DNA of 46,101 nt. It comes from Planctomycetota bacterium (GTDB taxonomy: Bacteria; Planctomycetota; PUPC01; DSUN01). The notes under the pieces are model-generated. The model saw only the letters and a program-made list of their open reading frames with translations. It was not told the DNA's origin and did no database searches. This document shows, piece by piece, positions 9,902-19,205 of this stretch (positions are counted from its first letter, which is position 1; each line of letters starts with the position of its first letter). The stretch covers positions 1-46,101 of the forward strand of contig VGYV01000001.1 in assembly GCA_016872855.1 (NCBI GenBank). The letters run 5' to 3'. The position numbers were made by a program, and so were the translations under genes.

Positions 9902-11256
9902 GCGGGCGAGCCACAGTCCTGGTCGCAGACGACGAGCAGTCCATGCGGGACGCGATCTTCCAGGTCCTGGGGCCGGAGGGCTACCAGGTGACGGATGTGG
10001 AGTCGGGCGACGCGGCGCTCGCGGCCATCAAGAGCAGGCCATTCGACCTTGTGATCCTGGACCTGAGGATGCCGCGTGTGGATGGCCTGGAGGTCCTGCG
10101 CCGCATCCAGCAGGATAGCCCTGGTACAGCCGCGGTAGTGATCACGGGCTACGCCACGGTGGAGTCGGCGGTGGAGGCGATGAAGCTTGGCGCTGCGGAC
10201 TTCCTGCCCAAGCCTTTCACCCCGGACGTGCTCCGTCTCACCGTCAGTCGCGCGCTCCGCGGGGCGCGGATGGCCAAGGAGAACCTCCTCCTCAGGTCAG
10301 AGGTCGAGGAGTGCCGGGGCCGCGACTACGAGCTCATCGGCCAGAGCCAGGCGATGCGGCAGATATATGACCTCGTGCGCCGCGTCGGCCCTACAGACAG
10401 CACCGTCCTCATCACCGGCGAGTCCGGCACCGGTAAGGAGCTCGTCGCCCGGGCCATACGCGACCACAGCCCGCGGCGCGAGCGGCCCTTCGTCACGGTT
10501 GACTGCGGCTCACTGGTCGGCACCCTCTTCGAGAGCGAGCTTTTCGGCCACGTCAAGGGCTCTTTCACCGGCGCAACGAGCACGAAGCATGGCCGCTTCG
10601 AGCTGGCCGACGGCGGCACGATCTTCTTCGACGAGATCGCCAACGTGAATCCCGACATCCAGGCCAAGCTCCTCCGGGTGATCCAGGAGCGCGAGTTCAC
10701 CCGGGTCGGCGCCACGCAGGCGATCCCGGTAGACGTGCGGATCATCGCCGCCACGAGCCGGGACCTCCAGGAGGAGATCAGGGAGGGCCGCTTCCGGGAG
10801 GACCTCTTCTACAGGCTGTGCGTGGTGCCGATTGTCCTCCCGCCCCTCCGCCAGAGGCGCGAGGATGTGCCTCTCCTGGCCCATTACTTCCTCCAGAGGC
10901 AGAAGGGCCGGCACGGCAAGAAGCTCCTCGGCTTCAGCCACGAGGCGATGGAGGCGCTCGCTAACTACGATTGGCCTGGCAACGTCAGAGAGCTCCAGAA
11001 CGCCATTGAGCGGGCGATAGTCCTCTCCAGGGGCGACGTGATCACCCCGGCCGACCTCCTCTACTACGGTCCCACCCCCAAGCCGGAAGCCAAGGGCGAT
11101 GGTCTGGCTCCCCTGGCCGCGGTGGAAAGGGAGCACATCGCAAGGGTCCTCGACCACCATGGGGGGAACCGCACTGCCGCGGCCAAAGCCCTGGGGATTG
11201 ACCGCAAGACCCTCTGGCGCAAGATACGCGCGTACGGGCTGGGAGTGGGAGGGTGA
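9898..11256 (+). CDS. sigma54-dependent response regulator (NtrC family; HupR/HoxA-like context)
   Basis: The ATG overlaps the kinase stop (ATGA). It has a receiver (VLVADDEQS...LVILDLRMP), AAA+ Walker A GESGTGKE, an intact GAFTGA-type loop GSFTGA, and a C-terminal HTH AAKALGIDRKTLWRKI. Confidence 0.9.
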
Positions 11257-11358
11257 GCGCCTGGGAAACCGAGAAGGAAGCGAGTGCTCTCTGCCCGTAA
11301 GTGCGCCACCAGCAACGACTTACCGCTTCGGCCCAAAGGTAAGCTCCTGACCCAGCCG

Positions 11359-11400
11359 CCCAGGCGCGCACCTGCGCGCAACGGGGGGTGCGCGCCTGGG
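11359..11400 (+). terminator. 14-bp GC-rich hairpin downstream of the NtrC-like gene
   Basis: CCCAGGCGCGCACC - 14-nt loop - GGTGCGCGCCTGGG, about 100 nt after the stop at 11256. Confidence 0.4.
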
Positions 11401-11747
11401 GGGCACCCTTGGTACTCCCTTCGGGCCGATAGGGCGCCGAGGATTGGTCCAGTGGGATGAGGCGAGGGCGATTGTGCCGGGGCGGATTGCCTCACCATCG
11501 TGGCGTAATGCCCCGGCCGCCGGGCACGCCCCGGGCAACCTGTCGGCCCCTCTAAACATCCTCTCTGAATCCGCTGCCGACACTTACGCCCCTTGTAAGT
11601 CGTTATCTTCCAAAGGAGTAGGGCGCAGGTGCTCCTGTGGCCAGTGCGCTCGGCTCCGGCAGGTGGGCCGCCGTGTGTGCGGAGGGTGTGGGGGCCCGGG
11701 GCGCGGCACACCTTTTGCTCGCGCCCGGCCGGCCGGAGGATTGCGGC

Positions 11748-12587
11748 GTGTCGAACGCGGGCTTGCTCGTCGTGTGCGGGGATGTGGAGCGGAGAGAGGA
11801 TTTCGTTCGCACCCTTTCGGCCGCAGGCTGGGAGAGCGTCTTGTCTGCGTCGGGCATGACCGAGGCTGCGGGGCTGATGCGGAGCCAGCCATGCGCCTGC
11901 GTCATCGTTGACAGCGACCTGGCAGACATCCCTGGGCCGAAAGCCCTCCGCATCCTTCGGGAAATCTGCCCCCAAGCCAGGGTCATCTTCACCACACCGC
12001 AGAACAGCCGCGAGCTTGAGGCCCAGGTGCGGGCGCTTAACCCCTTCTACTACTACATCAGCTCGGCGGACCGGGCGGAGCTTGTCGCCGCGGTCCAGGA
12101 CGCGATCGGCGCGCCCAGACCACTCAGGGCGCGACCCAGGCCGAGGGTGCTTGTCGTGGACGATGACCCCAGCTACCAGACAACGGTCCGCGCGGTCCTG
12201 GAGGGGGCAGGATACGAGGTCTCCTCGGCCTACTCGGAGCGCGAGGGCCTCGAGATCGCCCGCCGCGAGAGGCCCGACGCCATCCTGCTGGACATCATCA
12301 TGGAGAGCGCCACCGATGGCTTCCTGTTCTGCCACGAGGCCAGGCACGACCCTGTTCTGAAGCACACCCCCATCGTCGGGGTCTCGGCCATCGAGAAGCG
12401 CCTCGGGCTTGGCCACCGCCCCGTGGAGGACTCCGACCTGTTTCCCGTGGATGCCTACCTGCGGAAGCCCCTGGTCCGCGAGGAGCTGCTTTCCGAACTC
12501 CACAGATTCGTTCCGGGGCCCTGCGATGAGCGAGAGGAACGCGCAGAAGCGGCACGATCACCTGCCCCGAGTTCTGGTGGTAGATGA
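11748..12587 (+). CDS. double receiver protein (degenerate REC + canonical REC)
   Basis: The GTG at 11748 has GGAGGA 8 nt upstream; track ORF 11637..12587 is the same frame. The first domain starts LLVVCGD, so the acidic pocket is degenerate. The second, RVLVVDDDPS...ILLDIIME...YLRKP, resembles the 5405 receiver. Confidence 0.7.
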   Translation: MSNAGLLVVCGDVERREDFVRTLSAAGWESVLSASGMTEAAGLMRSQPCACVIVDSDLADIPGPKALRILREICPQARVIFTTPQNSRELEAQVRALNPFYYYISSADRAELVAAVQDAIGAPRPLRARPRPRVLVVDDDPSYQTTVRAVLEGAGYEVSSAYSEREGLEIARRERPDAILLDIIMESATDGFLFCHEARHDPVLKHTPIVGVSAIEKRLGLGHRPVEDSDLFPVDAYLRKPLVREELLSELHRFVPGPCDEREERAEAARSPAPSSGGR

Positions 12588-13671
12588 CGAGGAGTGGATG
12601 CGCGACGCTTGCACGCAGATCCTCCAGCGCGAGGGGTTTGAGGTGGCCACCGCCGCCGACGCGCACACCGGGCTAAAGGCCGCGGGAGCGTGTCCGCCGG
12701 ACCTCATCCTGATAGACCTCCGCATGCCCGGGATGGACGGCATGGCATACCTGAAGGCGGTGAAGGCCCTCGACCCCGACATGGTGGGCATCGTGATCAC
12801 GGGCTACGCCACCCTCGAGGCAGCAGTGGAGGCGATGAAGGCCGGGGCATATGACTTCCTGCCGAAGCCCTTCAAGCCCGACGAGTTGCGCGCCCTAGTG
12901 CGGCGTGGGTTGGAGCATCGCCGCGCGGCCCTGCGCGTTTCCGGGCTCCTCCACGGCGAGGCGCGCACCGCCGACCTTTACCTGGCCATGCTCGCGCACC
13001 AGTTCAAGGCGCCCCTTGCTGCGCTCCGCCAATGTGTCGCCGTTGTCCTCCAGGGCTACGCGGGCGACATCAGCCCCCGCGCAAGAGGGATGATCGAGAT
13101 CGCCGCCCAACGGACCGACCAGATGATGCGCTTCGTGGACGATTGGCTCACCCTATCGCGCCTGGAGGAAGGCGAGGAACTCCAGAAGGTGCCCGACCTG
13201 GACCTCGTGGCGCTCGTGCGAAAAGCCCTCGACAGGGTGAAAGAACGCCCGGAGTCCCAGAAGCTCCTCATCCAATGCCTGGTCGTCGAGGACCCCGGCC
13301 CCATCGAGGCCGACGCCGGCGCGCTCGACGAGCTCTTCGCCAACCTCCTCGACAACGCGGTTCGATACACCCAACCCGGCGGCTCCGTCGCCGTGGAGGT
13401 CGGCGGAACAGACCGCGAAGCGTGGGTGAGGGTGCGGGACACCGGCCCGGGCATCTCCCCCGACGACCTGCGGCGCATCTTTGAGCCCTTCTTCAGGGGG
13501 AAAGCACAGAAGGGCATCCCCGGCACCGGCCTCGGGCTGCCCATCGCAAAACGCATTGCCGAGGCGCACCGCGGCAGGATAGAGGTCCAGACCGCGCTCG
13601 GACAAGGCTCCGCGTTCAAGGTCTCCCTCCCTCGCGGAGGGCAACGAGCGCCCGCGAAGAGCGGAGGGTGA
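12526..13671 (+). CDS. hybrid receiver-histidine kinase (REC-HisKA-HATPase)
   Basis: MSERNAQ...VLVVDDEEW...LILIDLRMPGMDG, then H-box-like LAHQFKAPL, then LLDNAVRYT, DTGPGI, GTGLGLPIA. The ATG chosen would overlap the previous gene by 62 nt, so the start is uncertain. Confidence 0.7.
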   Translation: MSERNAQKRHDHLPRVLVVDDEEWMRDACTQILQREGFEVATAADAHTGLKAAGACPPDLILIDLRMPGMDGMAYLKAVKALDPDMVGIVITGYATLEAAVEAMKAGAYDFLPKPFKPDELRALVRRGLEHRRAALRVSGLLHGEARTADLYLAMLAHQFKAPLAALRQCVAVVLQGYAGDISPRARGMIEIAAQRTDQMMRFVDDWLTLSRLEEGEELQKVPDLDLVALVRKALDRVKERPESQKLLIQCLVVEDPGPIEADAGALDELFANLLDNAVRYTQPGGSVAVEVGGTDREAWVRVRDTGPGISPDDLRRIFEPFFRGKAQKGIPGTGLGLPIAKRIAEAHRGRIEVQTALGQGSAFKVSLPRGGQRAPAKSGG

Positions 13672-14579
13672 GGTTGCCCGCAATGGAGACGACCGAAGAG
13701 GCGCGCACAACTGATGGGAAGGTTGGAGCGGTGCTCGTCGTCGGCGGCGGCGTAGCCGGCATGCAGGCATCGCTCGACCTCGCCGAGTCCGGCTACAAGG
13801 TCTATCTGGTCGAGAAGCGGCCCGCCATTGGCGGCGCGATGGCTCAACTAGACAAGACCTTCCCCACCAACGACTGCGCGATGTGCACGCTGGCCCCGCG
13901 ACTGGTGGACTGCGGGAAGCACCCCAACATCGAGAAACTCACCTACTCCGAGCTCCTGGCGCTCGATGGGACCCCCGGGCGCTTCCAGGCCAGGATTCTC
14001 AAGAGGGCTCGCTCCGTTGTCGAAGGCAAGTGCACCGGCTGCGGAGAGTGCATGGCCAACTGCCTGGTGCGGAACCGGGCCTACCTGGAGCCCGAGGAGC
14101 CCGAGCCGCTCGACCTGGCCCCCGATCAACTCGCCGAGGTCAACCGCATCATCGCAGAGCACGGCAACAGGCCGAGCTCAATCGTGCCCGTGCTCCAGGA
14201 CATCAACAACAAGTACCACTGGCTGCCTCCTGGCGCGGTGGGGCGCATCTCCGAGGCCGTGGGACTGCCCCTGGCGCGGGTCCTGCGCATTGCCACCTTC
14301 TACAACATGTTCAGTCTCCAACCCCGGGGCAAACACCTCATCAGGATTTGCCTCGGCACCGCCTGCCACGTCAAGGGCGCGGGCAGGATCGTCGAGAGGC
14401 TCGAGCGCGAGCTCGATGTCAAGGCGGGCGGCACGACCCGCGACAGGCGGTTCACCCTCGAAGCCGTGCGCTGCCTCGGCTGCTGTGGCCTGGCGCCGGT
14501 CGGGACCATCAACGACGACGTCCACGGCAAGATGACCCCGGCACAGTTCGTCAAGGTGCTCGACAACTACCCGGCGTAG
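13668..14579 (+). CDS. fusion protein: HdrA N-terminal FAD/Fe-S fragment + NuoE/HoxE-type [2Fe-2S] thioredoxin-like domain
   Basis: Residues ~20-130 (VLVVGGGVAGMQASLDLAESGYKVYLVEKRPAIGGAMAQLDKTFPTNDCAMC...KCTGCGECMANC) align with the first 130 aa of the HdrA at 28339. The rest (IVPVLQDINNKYHWL...ICLGTACHVKG...RCLGCCGLAP) is NuoE-like. The start may be GTG 13668, TTG 13674 or ATG 13683. Confidence 0.8.
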   Translation: MRLPAMETTEEARTTDGKVGAVLVVGGGVAGMQASLDLAESGYKVYLVEKRPAIGGAMAQLDKTFPTNDCAMCTLAPRLVDCGKHPNIEKLTYSELLALDGTPGRFQARILKRARSVVEGKCTGCGECMANCLVRNRAYLEPEEPEPLDLAPDQLAEVNRIIAEHGNRPSSIVPVLQDINNKYHWLPPGAVGRISEAVGLPLARVLRIATFYNMFSLQPRGKHLIRICLGTACHVKGAGRIVERLERELDVKAGGTTRDRRFTLEAVRCLGCCGLAPVGTINDDVHGKMTPAQFVKVLDNYPA

Positions 14580-14635
14580 CCGCAAGCGTCCCGCTTGCCG
14601 GCTTTCTCGACAACCGAGACGGTTGTCGCTACATC
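14576..14635. repeat. 60-bp double-hairpin REP-like element, copy 1 (intergenic)
   Basis: GTAGCCGCAAGCGTCCCGCTTGCCGGCTTTCTCGACAACCGAGACGGTTGTCGCTACATC. The reverse complement of 18999-19056 is nearly identical. It has two internal hairpins (GCAAGCG-TCC-CGCTTGC and CGACAACCG-AGA-CGGTTGTCG). Confidence 0.85.
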
Positions 14636-14651
14636 GGAGGAAGGCACAGCG

Positions 14652-15035
14652 GTGGGAAAGCTGCGACCCGAGGACATGGACAGGATCGCCGAGAGGATGC
14701 AGAAGGCGATGTCGCTGCGCCTGGGCGCGGGGAGGGTCAAGCTCACTGTCCACATGGGCACCTGCGGCATCGCCGCCGGCGCCCGCAAGATAATGAGCGC
14801 GATCATGCGCTGCCTGGACGAATCCGGGGCCGCCGACGTGATCGTCACCACCTCAGGCTGCGCCGGGCTGTGCAGCAAGGAACCGATGATGACAGTGGAG
14901 CTTGCCGGCCAGGCCCCCGTGAAGTATGTGGACCTCACCGAGGAGAAGGCCACGCGCATTTTCGCCGAGCACGTCGTCAACGGCAAGATTGTCGCCGATT
15001 GCGCACTTGCCATCGGCAGCGAGTGGACGCTATGA
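14652..15035 (+). CDS. thioredoxin-like [2Fe-2S] ferredoxin (HndB-like)
   Basis: The GTG at 14652 follows GGAGGAAGG. The track start at 14595 lies inside the REP element and is unlikely. Motifs are HMGTCGIAAGA...SGCAGLCSKEP. Confidence 0.7.
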   Translation: MGKLRPEDMDRIAERMQKAMSLRLGAGRVKLTVHMGTCGIAAGARKIMSAIMRCLDESGAADVIVTTSGCAGLCSKEPMMTVELAGQAPVKYVDLTEEKATRIFAEHVVNGKIVADCALAIGSEWTL

Positions 15036-16825
15036 ACGCCTATCGCATGCATCTGATGCTGTGCGCCGGAACCGGTTGCGTGTCGAACGGCTCCTACCGG
15101 ATCAAGGCGGCCCTGGAGCGCGAGCTGGCGGCGCGCAACCTCCAGGACGAAGTCGCCGTCGTCATGACAGGCTGCAACGGCTTCTGTGCCCAGGGCCCCG
15201 TGATGACCGTGCAGCCCGATGGCATCTTCTATCAGTTGCTGTCGGATGAAGATATCCCGCACCTTGTCGAAGAGCACTTCCTGAAGGGCCGGCCGGTCAA
15301 GCGCCTCATGTACACCCCGCCCGCCGAAAAGGCGCCGGTGCCGAAGATGAGCGACATCGGCTTCTTCAGGAAGCAGCGGCTCATCGCCCTGCGCAACCGC
15401 GGCCTGATTGACCCTGAGAGGATTGACGAGTACATCGCCCGGGGCGGCTACAAGGCCCTCGTCAAGGCCCTCACCTCGATGAGCCGTGAGGAGATCATCA
15501 ACGAGGTCAAGAAGTCCGGCCTCCGAGGCCGCGGCGGCGCAGGCTTCCCCACCGGGCTCAAGTGGGAGCTCACCGCCAACCAGCCGGGCGACGAGAAGTT
15601 CATCGTCTGCAACGGCGACGAGGGCGACCCCGGGGCCTTCATGGACCGCAGCATCGTGGAGTCCGACCCCCATTCGGTGCTTGAGGGGATGCTCATCGGC
15701 GCGAAGGCAATCGGCGCCACACATGGCTTCGTCTACATAAGGCAGGAGTACCCCCTGGCCCTCGAGAGACTCGCCCTGGCTTTGGGCCAGGCCAGGGACT
15801 ATGGGCTCCTGGGCACCGACATCCTCGGGAGCGGCTTCGACTTCGACATCTCGGTCCACCGCGGGGCCGGGGCCTTCGTGTGCGGGGAGGAGACCTCGCT
15901 CATTGGGTCCCTGGAGGGACGGCCGCCCGAGCCCCGCATCAGGCCCCCCTTCCCTGCCGAGTCCGGGGTCTGGGGGAAGCCAACCTGCATCAACAATGTT
16001 GAGACCTGGGCCACCGTGCCGGAGATCATCAACCGCGGTGCCGAGTGGTTCGCCCAAATCGGCACGGAAACCAGCAAAGGCACAAAGGTCTTCTCCCTTG
16101 TCGGCAAGGTCAAGAACACCGGCCTGGTCGAGGTGCCCATGGGCATCACCCTGCGGGAGATGGTCTTCGACATTGGGGGCGGCATCCAGGGCGACAGGGC
16201 CTTCAAGGCCGTCCAGACCGGCGGCCCATCGGGCGGATGCATCCCGGCCTCTCTCCTCGACCTGCCGATAGACTACGAGCGCCTCACCGAGGCCGGCTCC
16301 ATCATGGGCTCCGGCGGCATGATCGTGATGGACGAGGATACCTGCATGGTGGACGTCGCCAGGTACTTCCTCGAGTTTCTGCGGGATGAGTCCTGCGGCA
16401 AGTGCACCGCCTGCCGGGAGGGCGTGGACGCGATGTACCAGATGGTGGCGAACATCTGTGAAGGGAAGGGCAAGCCGGACGACATCCCGCTGCTTGAAGA
16501 GCTGGGCCAGGCAGTGAAGGACGGCTCGTTGTGCGCCCTCGGCGGAACAGCGCCAAACCCGGTGCTGAGCACCTTGCGCTACTTCAAGGATGAGTACGAG
16601 GCCCACATCACCGACCGCCGCTGCCCGGCCGGCGTGTGCAAGGCTCTCATCACGTACCGCATCAACCCCGAAAGGTGCAAGGCATGCCTCCTGTGCAACA
16701 AGAACTGTCCCACGGGAGCCGTCTCGGGCGAGAAGAAGAAGCCCCAGACGATCGCCCAGGAGAAATGCATCAAGTGCGGGGTCTGCCGGGATGTGTGCAA
16801 GTTCGAGGCGGTGACGGTGCAATGA
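15032..16825 (+). CDS. NuoF/HndC/HydB-type NAD(P)H-binding flavoprotein with N-terminal [2Fe-2S] and C-terminal 2x[4Fe-4S] domains
   Basis: The ATG overlaps the previous stop (ATGA). Motifs: GRGGAGFPTGLKW, NGDEGDPGAFMDR, ESCGKCTACREG, and C-terminal CKACLLCNKNCP / CIKCGVCRDVC. The real gene is the 3' part of track ORF 13883..16825. Confidence 0.9.
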   Translation: MNAYRMHLMLCAGTGCVSNGSYRIKAALERELAARNLQDEVAVVMTGCNGFCAQGPVMTVQPDGIFYQLLSDEDIPHLVEEHFLKGRPVKRLMYTPPAEKAPVPKMSDIGFFRKQRLIALRNRGLIDPERIDEYIARGGYKALVKALTSMSREEIINEVKKSGLRGRGGAGFPTGLKWELTANQPGDEKFIVCNGDEGDPGAFMDRSIVESDPHSVLEGMLIGAKAIGATHGFVYIRQEYPLALERLALALGQARDYGLLGTDILGSGFDFDISVHRGAGAFVCGEETSLIGSLEGRPPEPRIRPPFPAESGVWGKPTCINNVETWATVPEIINRGAEWFAQIGTETSKGTKVFSLVGKVKNTGLVEVPMGITLREMVFDIGGGIQGDRAFKAVQTGGPSGGCIPASLLDLPIDYERLTEAGSIMGSGGMIVMDEDTCMVDVARYFLEFLRDESCGKCTACREGVDAMYQMVANICEGKGKPDDIPLLEELGQAVKDGSLCALGGTAPNPVLSTLRYFKDEYEAHITDRRCPAGVCKALITYRINPERCKACLLCNKNCPTGAVSGEKKKPQTIAQEKCIKCGVCRDVCKFEAVTVQ

Positions 16826-17211
16826 AGCTCGAAGAGGTGCGGAGAACCCTGGACGCTGAGTGGTCTGGCCGCAGGGCAAGCCGCGCGGACTCCATGGGCA
16901 CGGAGGTGCTCTCGTGCCACGCGAGCGACCTGATGAGCGACGTCTTGACCTCCAGGGGCGCGGGCTCGCTCCTCCTCACCGGGCTGACCAACGCCCAGGT
17001 GGTGCGGGTGGCCGTGGTGTCGGACTTCGCCGCTGTCTGCTTCGTCCGCGGCAAGAAACCCCAGTCCGAGGCCGTCCAGGTGGCCGAGGAGAGCCAGATC
17101 CCGCTACTCGTCACGCCCATGTCCATGTACGAGTCTTGCGGCCGCCTCTACACCAAGGGGCTGCCCGTTGGCGACAGAGCAAAGGAAGCTCCGAGTTGCC
17201 AGAAGAAGTGA
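16822..17211 (+). CDS. DRTGG-domain protein
   Basis: ASDLMSDVL...LLLTGLTNAQVVRVA...IPLLVTPMSMYESCGRLY. The ATGA overlaps the nuoF-like stop. Confidence 0.65.
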   Translation: MKLEEVRRTLDAEWSGRRASRADSMGTEVLSCHASDLMSDVLTSRGAGSLLLTGLTNAQVVRVAVVSDFAAVCFVRGKKPQSEAVQVAEESQIPLLVTPMSMYESCGRLYTKGLPVGDRAKEAPSCQKK

Positions 17212-18146
17212 CCAAGATCCAGGAGATGATCTACGAGCTCCTGGTTCGTGAAGTGATGACGAAGGAGGTCATAAGCGTCATGCCCTCCACGCCGATGAGC
17301 GACCTGCGCGAGATCCTGCGCGCCAAGCGAATCTCCGGCACCCCGGTCGTTGAGGACGGCAGACTGGTCGGCATGATCAGCATCGAGGACTTCATCAAGT
17401 GGCTCTTCGACGGCGGCCAGGCCAGCCCCGTAGCCGACCGGATGACGAGCGACGTGAGGACCATCTACGACGACGAGCCACTCGTCCAGGCCGTCAACAA
17501 GCTCGAGCGGCTGGGGTTCGGGCGCCTGCCGGTCGTCGCGCGCGATACCGGGCGCCTCGTGGGGGTCATCACGAAGGGCGACATCATCCGCGGGCTGCTG
17601 AGGCACCTGGAGGTGGACTACCGCAACGCGGAGATGCGGGGGGCAAGGTCGAGCCACATCTTCGAGGACATCCAGGCCGACAGGGCCGCGCTCAAGCTCG
17701 AGTACCAGGTGCGCGGCGGGGACTTCAGCCGGGGCGGCGCCAGCGCCGTCAGGCTCAAGACGACCTTGCTCCGACTGGGCATAGACCCCCAGACGACGCG
17801 CCGCGCCGCCGTCGCCGCCTACGAGGCCGAGATGAACCTCATCGTCTTCACCGAGGGCGGCTGCATAAGGGTCGAGGTCGAACCGGGCATCGTGCGGCTG
17901 CTGGCCGAGGACGACGGCCCCGGCATCCCGGACGTCGAGCGGGCAATGCAGCCCGGCTTCTCCACGGCACCGGACTGGGTGAGGGAACTCGGGTTCGGCG
18001 CGGGAATGGGGCTGCCGAACATCAAGAAATGCGCCGACCGGCTGCGAATCGACTCGGTGGTCGGAAGAGGGACACGGCTGGAGGCCGAAATCCTCATGGA
18101 GCGCCAGGGTGAACCTGAACGAGATAGCGCACAAACTCGGGCTTGA
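17208..18146 (+). CDS. CBS-pair + GHKL (HATPase_c) protein, anti-sigma/serine-kinase-like
   Basis: GTGA overlap start. Two CBS motifs (VMTKEVISV...GTPVVEDGRLVGMIS and MTSDVRTI...LPVVARDTGRLVGVITKGDI), then DDGPGIPD...GFGAGMGLPN. Confidence 0.7.
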   Translation: MTKIQEMIYELLVREVMTKEVISVMPSTPMSDLREILRAKRISGTPVVEDGRLVGMISIEDFIKWLFDGGQASPVADRMTSDVRTIYDDEPLVQAVNKLERLGFGRLPVVARDTGRLVGVITKGDIIRGLLRHLEVDYRNAEMRGARSSHIFEDIQADRAALKLEYQVRGGDFSRGGASAVRLKTTLLRLGIDPQTTRRAAVAAYEAEMNLIVFTEGGCIRVEVEPGIVRLLAEDDGPGIPDVERAMQPGFSTAPDWVRELGFGAGMGLPNIKKCADRLRIDSVVGRGTRLEAEILMERQGEPERDSAQTRA

Positions 18147-18456
18147 GGTGAGAGCCGGCGGCAGCGCCCTGACCACAGAGGTGCGCGGCGGCTACGCCAG
18201 CGACCTCCTCAGCGACGTCATCGCCCACGGCCAGGAGGGGGACCTCTGGGTGACGCTTCAGGCGCACGAGAACACCGTCCCCGTGGCCATCCTGAAGAAG
18301 CTGGCGGGGATAGTCCTGGTGAACGGCCGCGAGCCCGAGGCCGAAACGCTCCAGAAGGCCAGGGCGGAGGATATCCCCGTCCTAGTCAGCGCACTGCCAG
18401 CGTTCGAGCTGATCGGTCGCCTGTACGCCCTGGGCGTGCCAGGAATAAGGACGTGA
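18109..18456 (+). CDS. DRTGG-domain protein (second copy)
   Basis: ASDLLSDVIAH...LWVTLQAHENTVPVA...IPVLVSALPAFELIGRLY, paralogous to 16822..17211. Confidence 0.65.
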   Translation: MNLNEIAHKLGLEVRAGGSALTTEVRGGYASDLLSDVIAHGQEGDLWVTLQAHENTVPVAILKKLAGIVLVNGREPEAETLQKARAEDIPVLVSALPAFELIGRLYALGVPGIRT

Positions 18457-19205
18457 AGGAAGTGCGTGCCGACCTGCACATACACACCTGCCTTTCGCCC
18501 TGCGCGGAGCGCGACATGTCGCCTCCGGCCGTGGTGAGGACGGCTCGTGAGAGGGGGCTGGACCTGATCGCGGTGTGCGACCACAACTCGGCTGAGAACG
18601 TCGGGGCGGCCACCCGCGCCGCACGCGACACCGGCCTGGCCGTCATCGGCGGCATGGAGATATGCACGCGCGAGGAGGTCCACGTGCTGGGCATCTTCGA
18701 CGACGGCCTCGCCCTCAGCTCGGCGCAGCAGGCCGTTTACCAGAACCTCAGCGGCGAGAACAACCCCGAGGTCTTCGGCGAGCAACTCGTGATGAACGAG
18801 CGGGGGGAGGTCGTCGGTCACAACAGCCGACTTCTCATCGGGGCAACCGGCCTGTCCTTGAAGGAGGTGGTCGGAACCATCCACAGCCTTGGGGGCCTCG
18901 CCATCGCCGCCCACGTGGACCGGCCCAGATTCAGCGTCATCAGCCAACTCGGCTTCGTCCCGCCGGGGCTCGAGCTCGACGGGGCGGAGGTGTGCTCTGA
19001 TGTAGCGACAACCGTCTCGGTTGTCGATACCGCGCAAGCGGGACGCTTGCGGCTACCAGAGGGCCTCGCCGTCGTCAGGTCGTCCGACGCCCACCGCCCC
19101 GAGGAGATCGGCTCCAGATGCACCCGTCTCCTCGTGGAGGAGCCGACAGCCTGCGAGGTCGGGAAGGCCCTGCGAAGGATTGAGGGCCGGAGGATTCTTG
19201 TGTAA
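18453..19205 (+). CDS. PHP-domain (polymerase/histidinol-phosphatase family) protein
   Basis: ADLHIHTCLSPCA...IAVCDHNS...AHVDRP...SSDAH metal-ligand pattern. The reading frame runs through REP copy 2. Confidence 0.75.
   Translation: MKEVRADLHIHTCLSPCAERDMSPPAVVRTARERGLDLIAVCDHNSAENVGAATRAARDTGLAVIGGMEICTREEVHVLGIFDDGLALSSAQQAVYQNLSGENNPEVFGEQLVMNERGEVVGHNSRLLIGATGLSLKEVVGTIHSLGGLAIAAHVDRPRFSVISQLGFVPPGLELDGAEVCSDVATTVSVVDTAQAGRLRLPEGLAVVRSSDAHRPEEIGSRCTRLLVEEPTACEVGKALRRIEGRRILV
18999..19056. repeat. REP-like element, copy 2 (inverted, inside the PHP gene)
   Basis: Reverse complement of copy 1 with a few changes. It encodes ...DVATTVSVVDTAQAGRLRLP... of the PHP protein. Confidence 0.85.

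Noticed and set aside
11629-11859. ORF 11629..11859, and the 11637 start of the double-receiver gene, positioned behind an AAGGAG at 11613.
   Set aside because: The 11629 frame encodes a low-complexity R/C-rich peptide. For the receiver gene the first 37 codons from 11637 are non-homologous, and the GTG at 11748 has a better-placed GGAGGA. The 11637 start cannot be excluded.
13883-16825. A 980-aa plus-strand ORF spanning the nuoE-like, hndB-like and nuoF-like region.
   Set aside because: Only the part from the ATG at 15032 encodes recognisable protein (NuoF-like). The upstream 380 codons are an out-of-frame, R/P/G-rich read-through of the two preceding genes.
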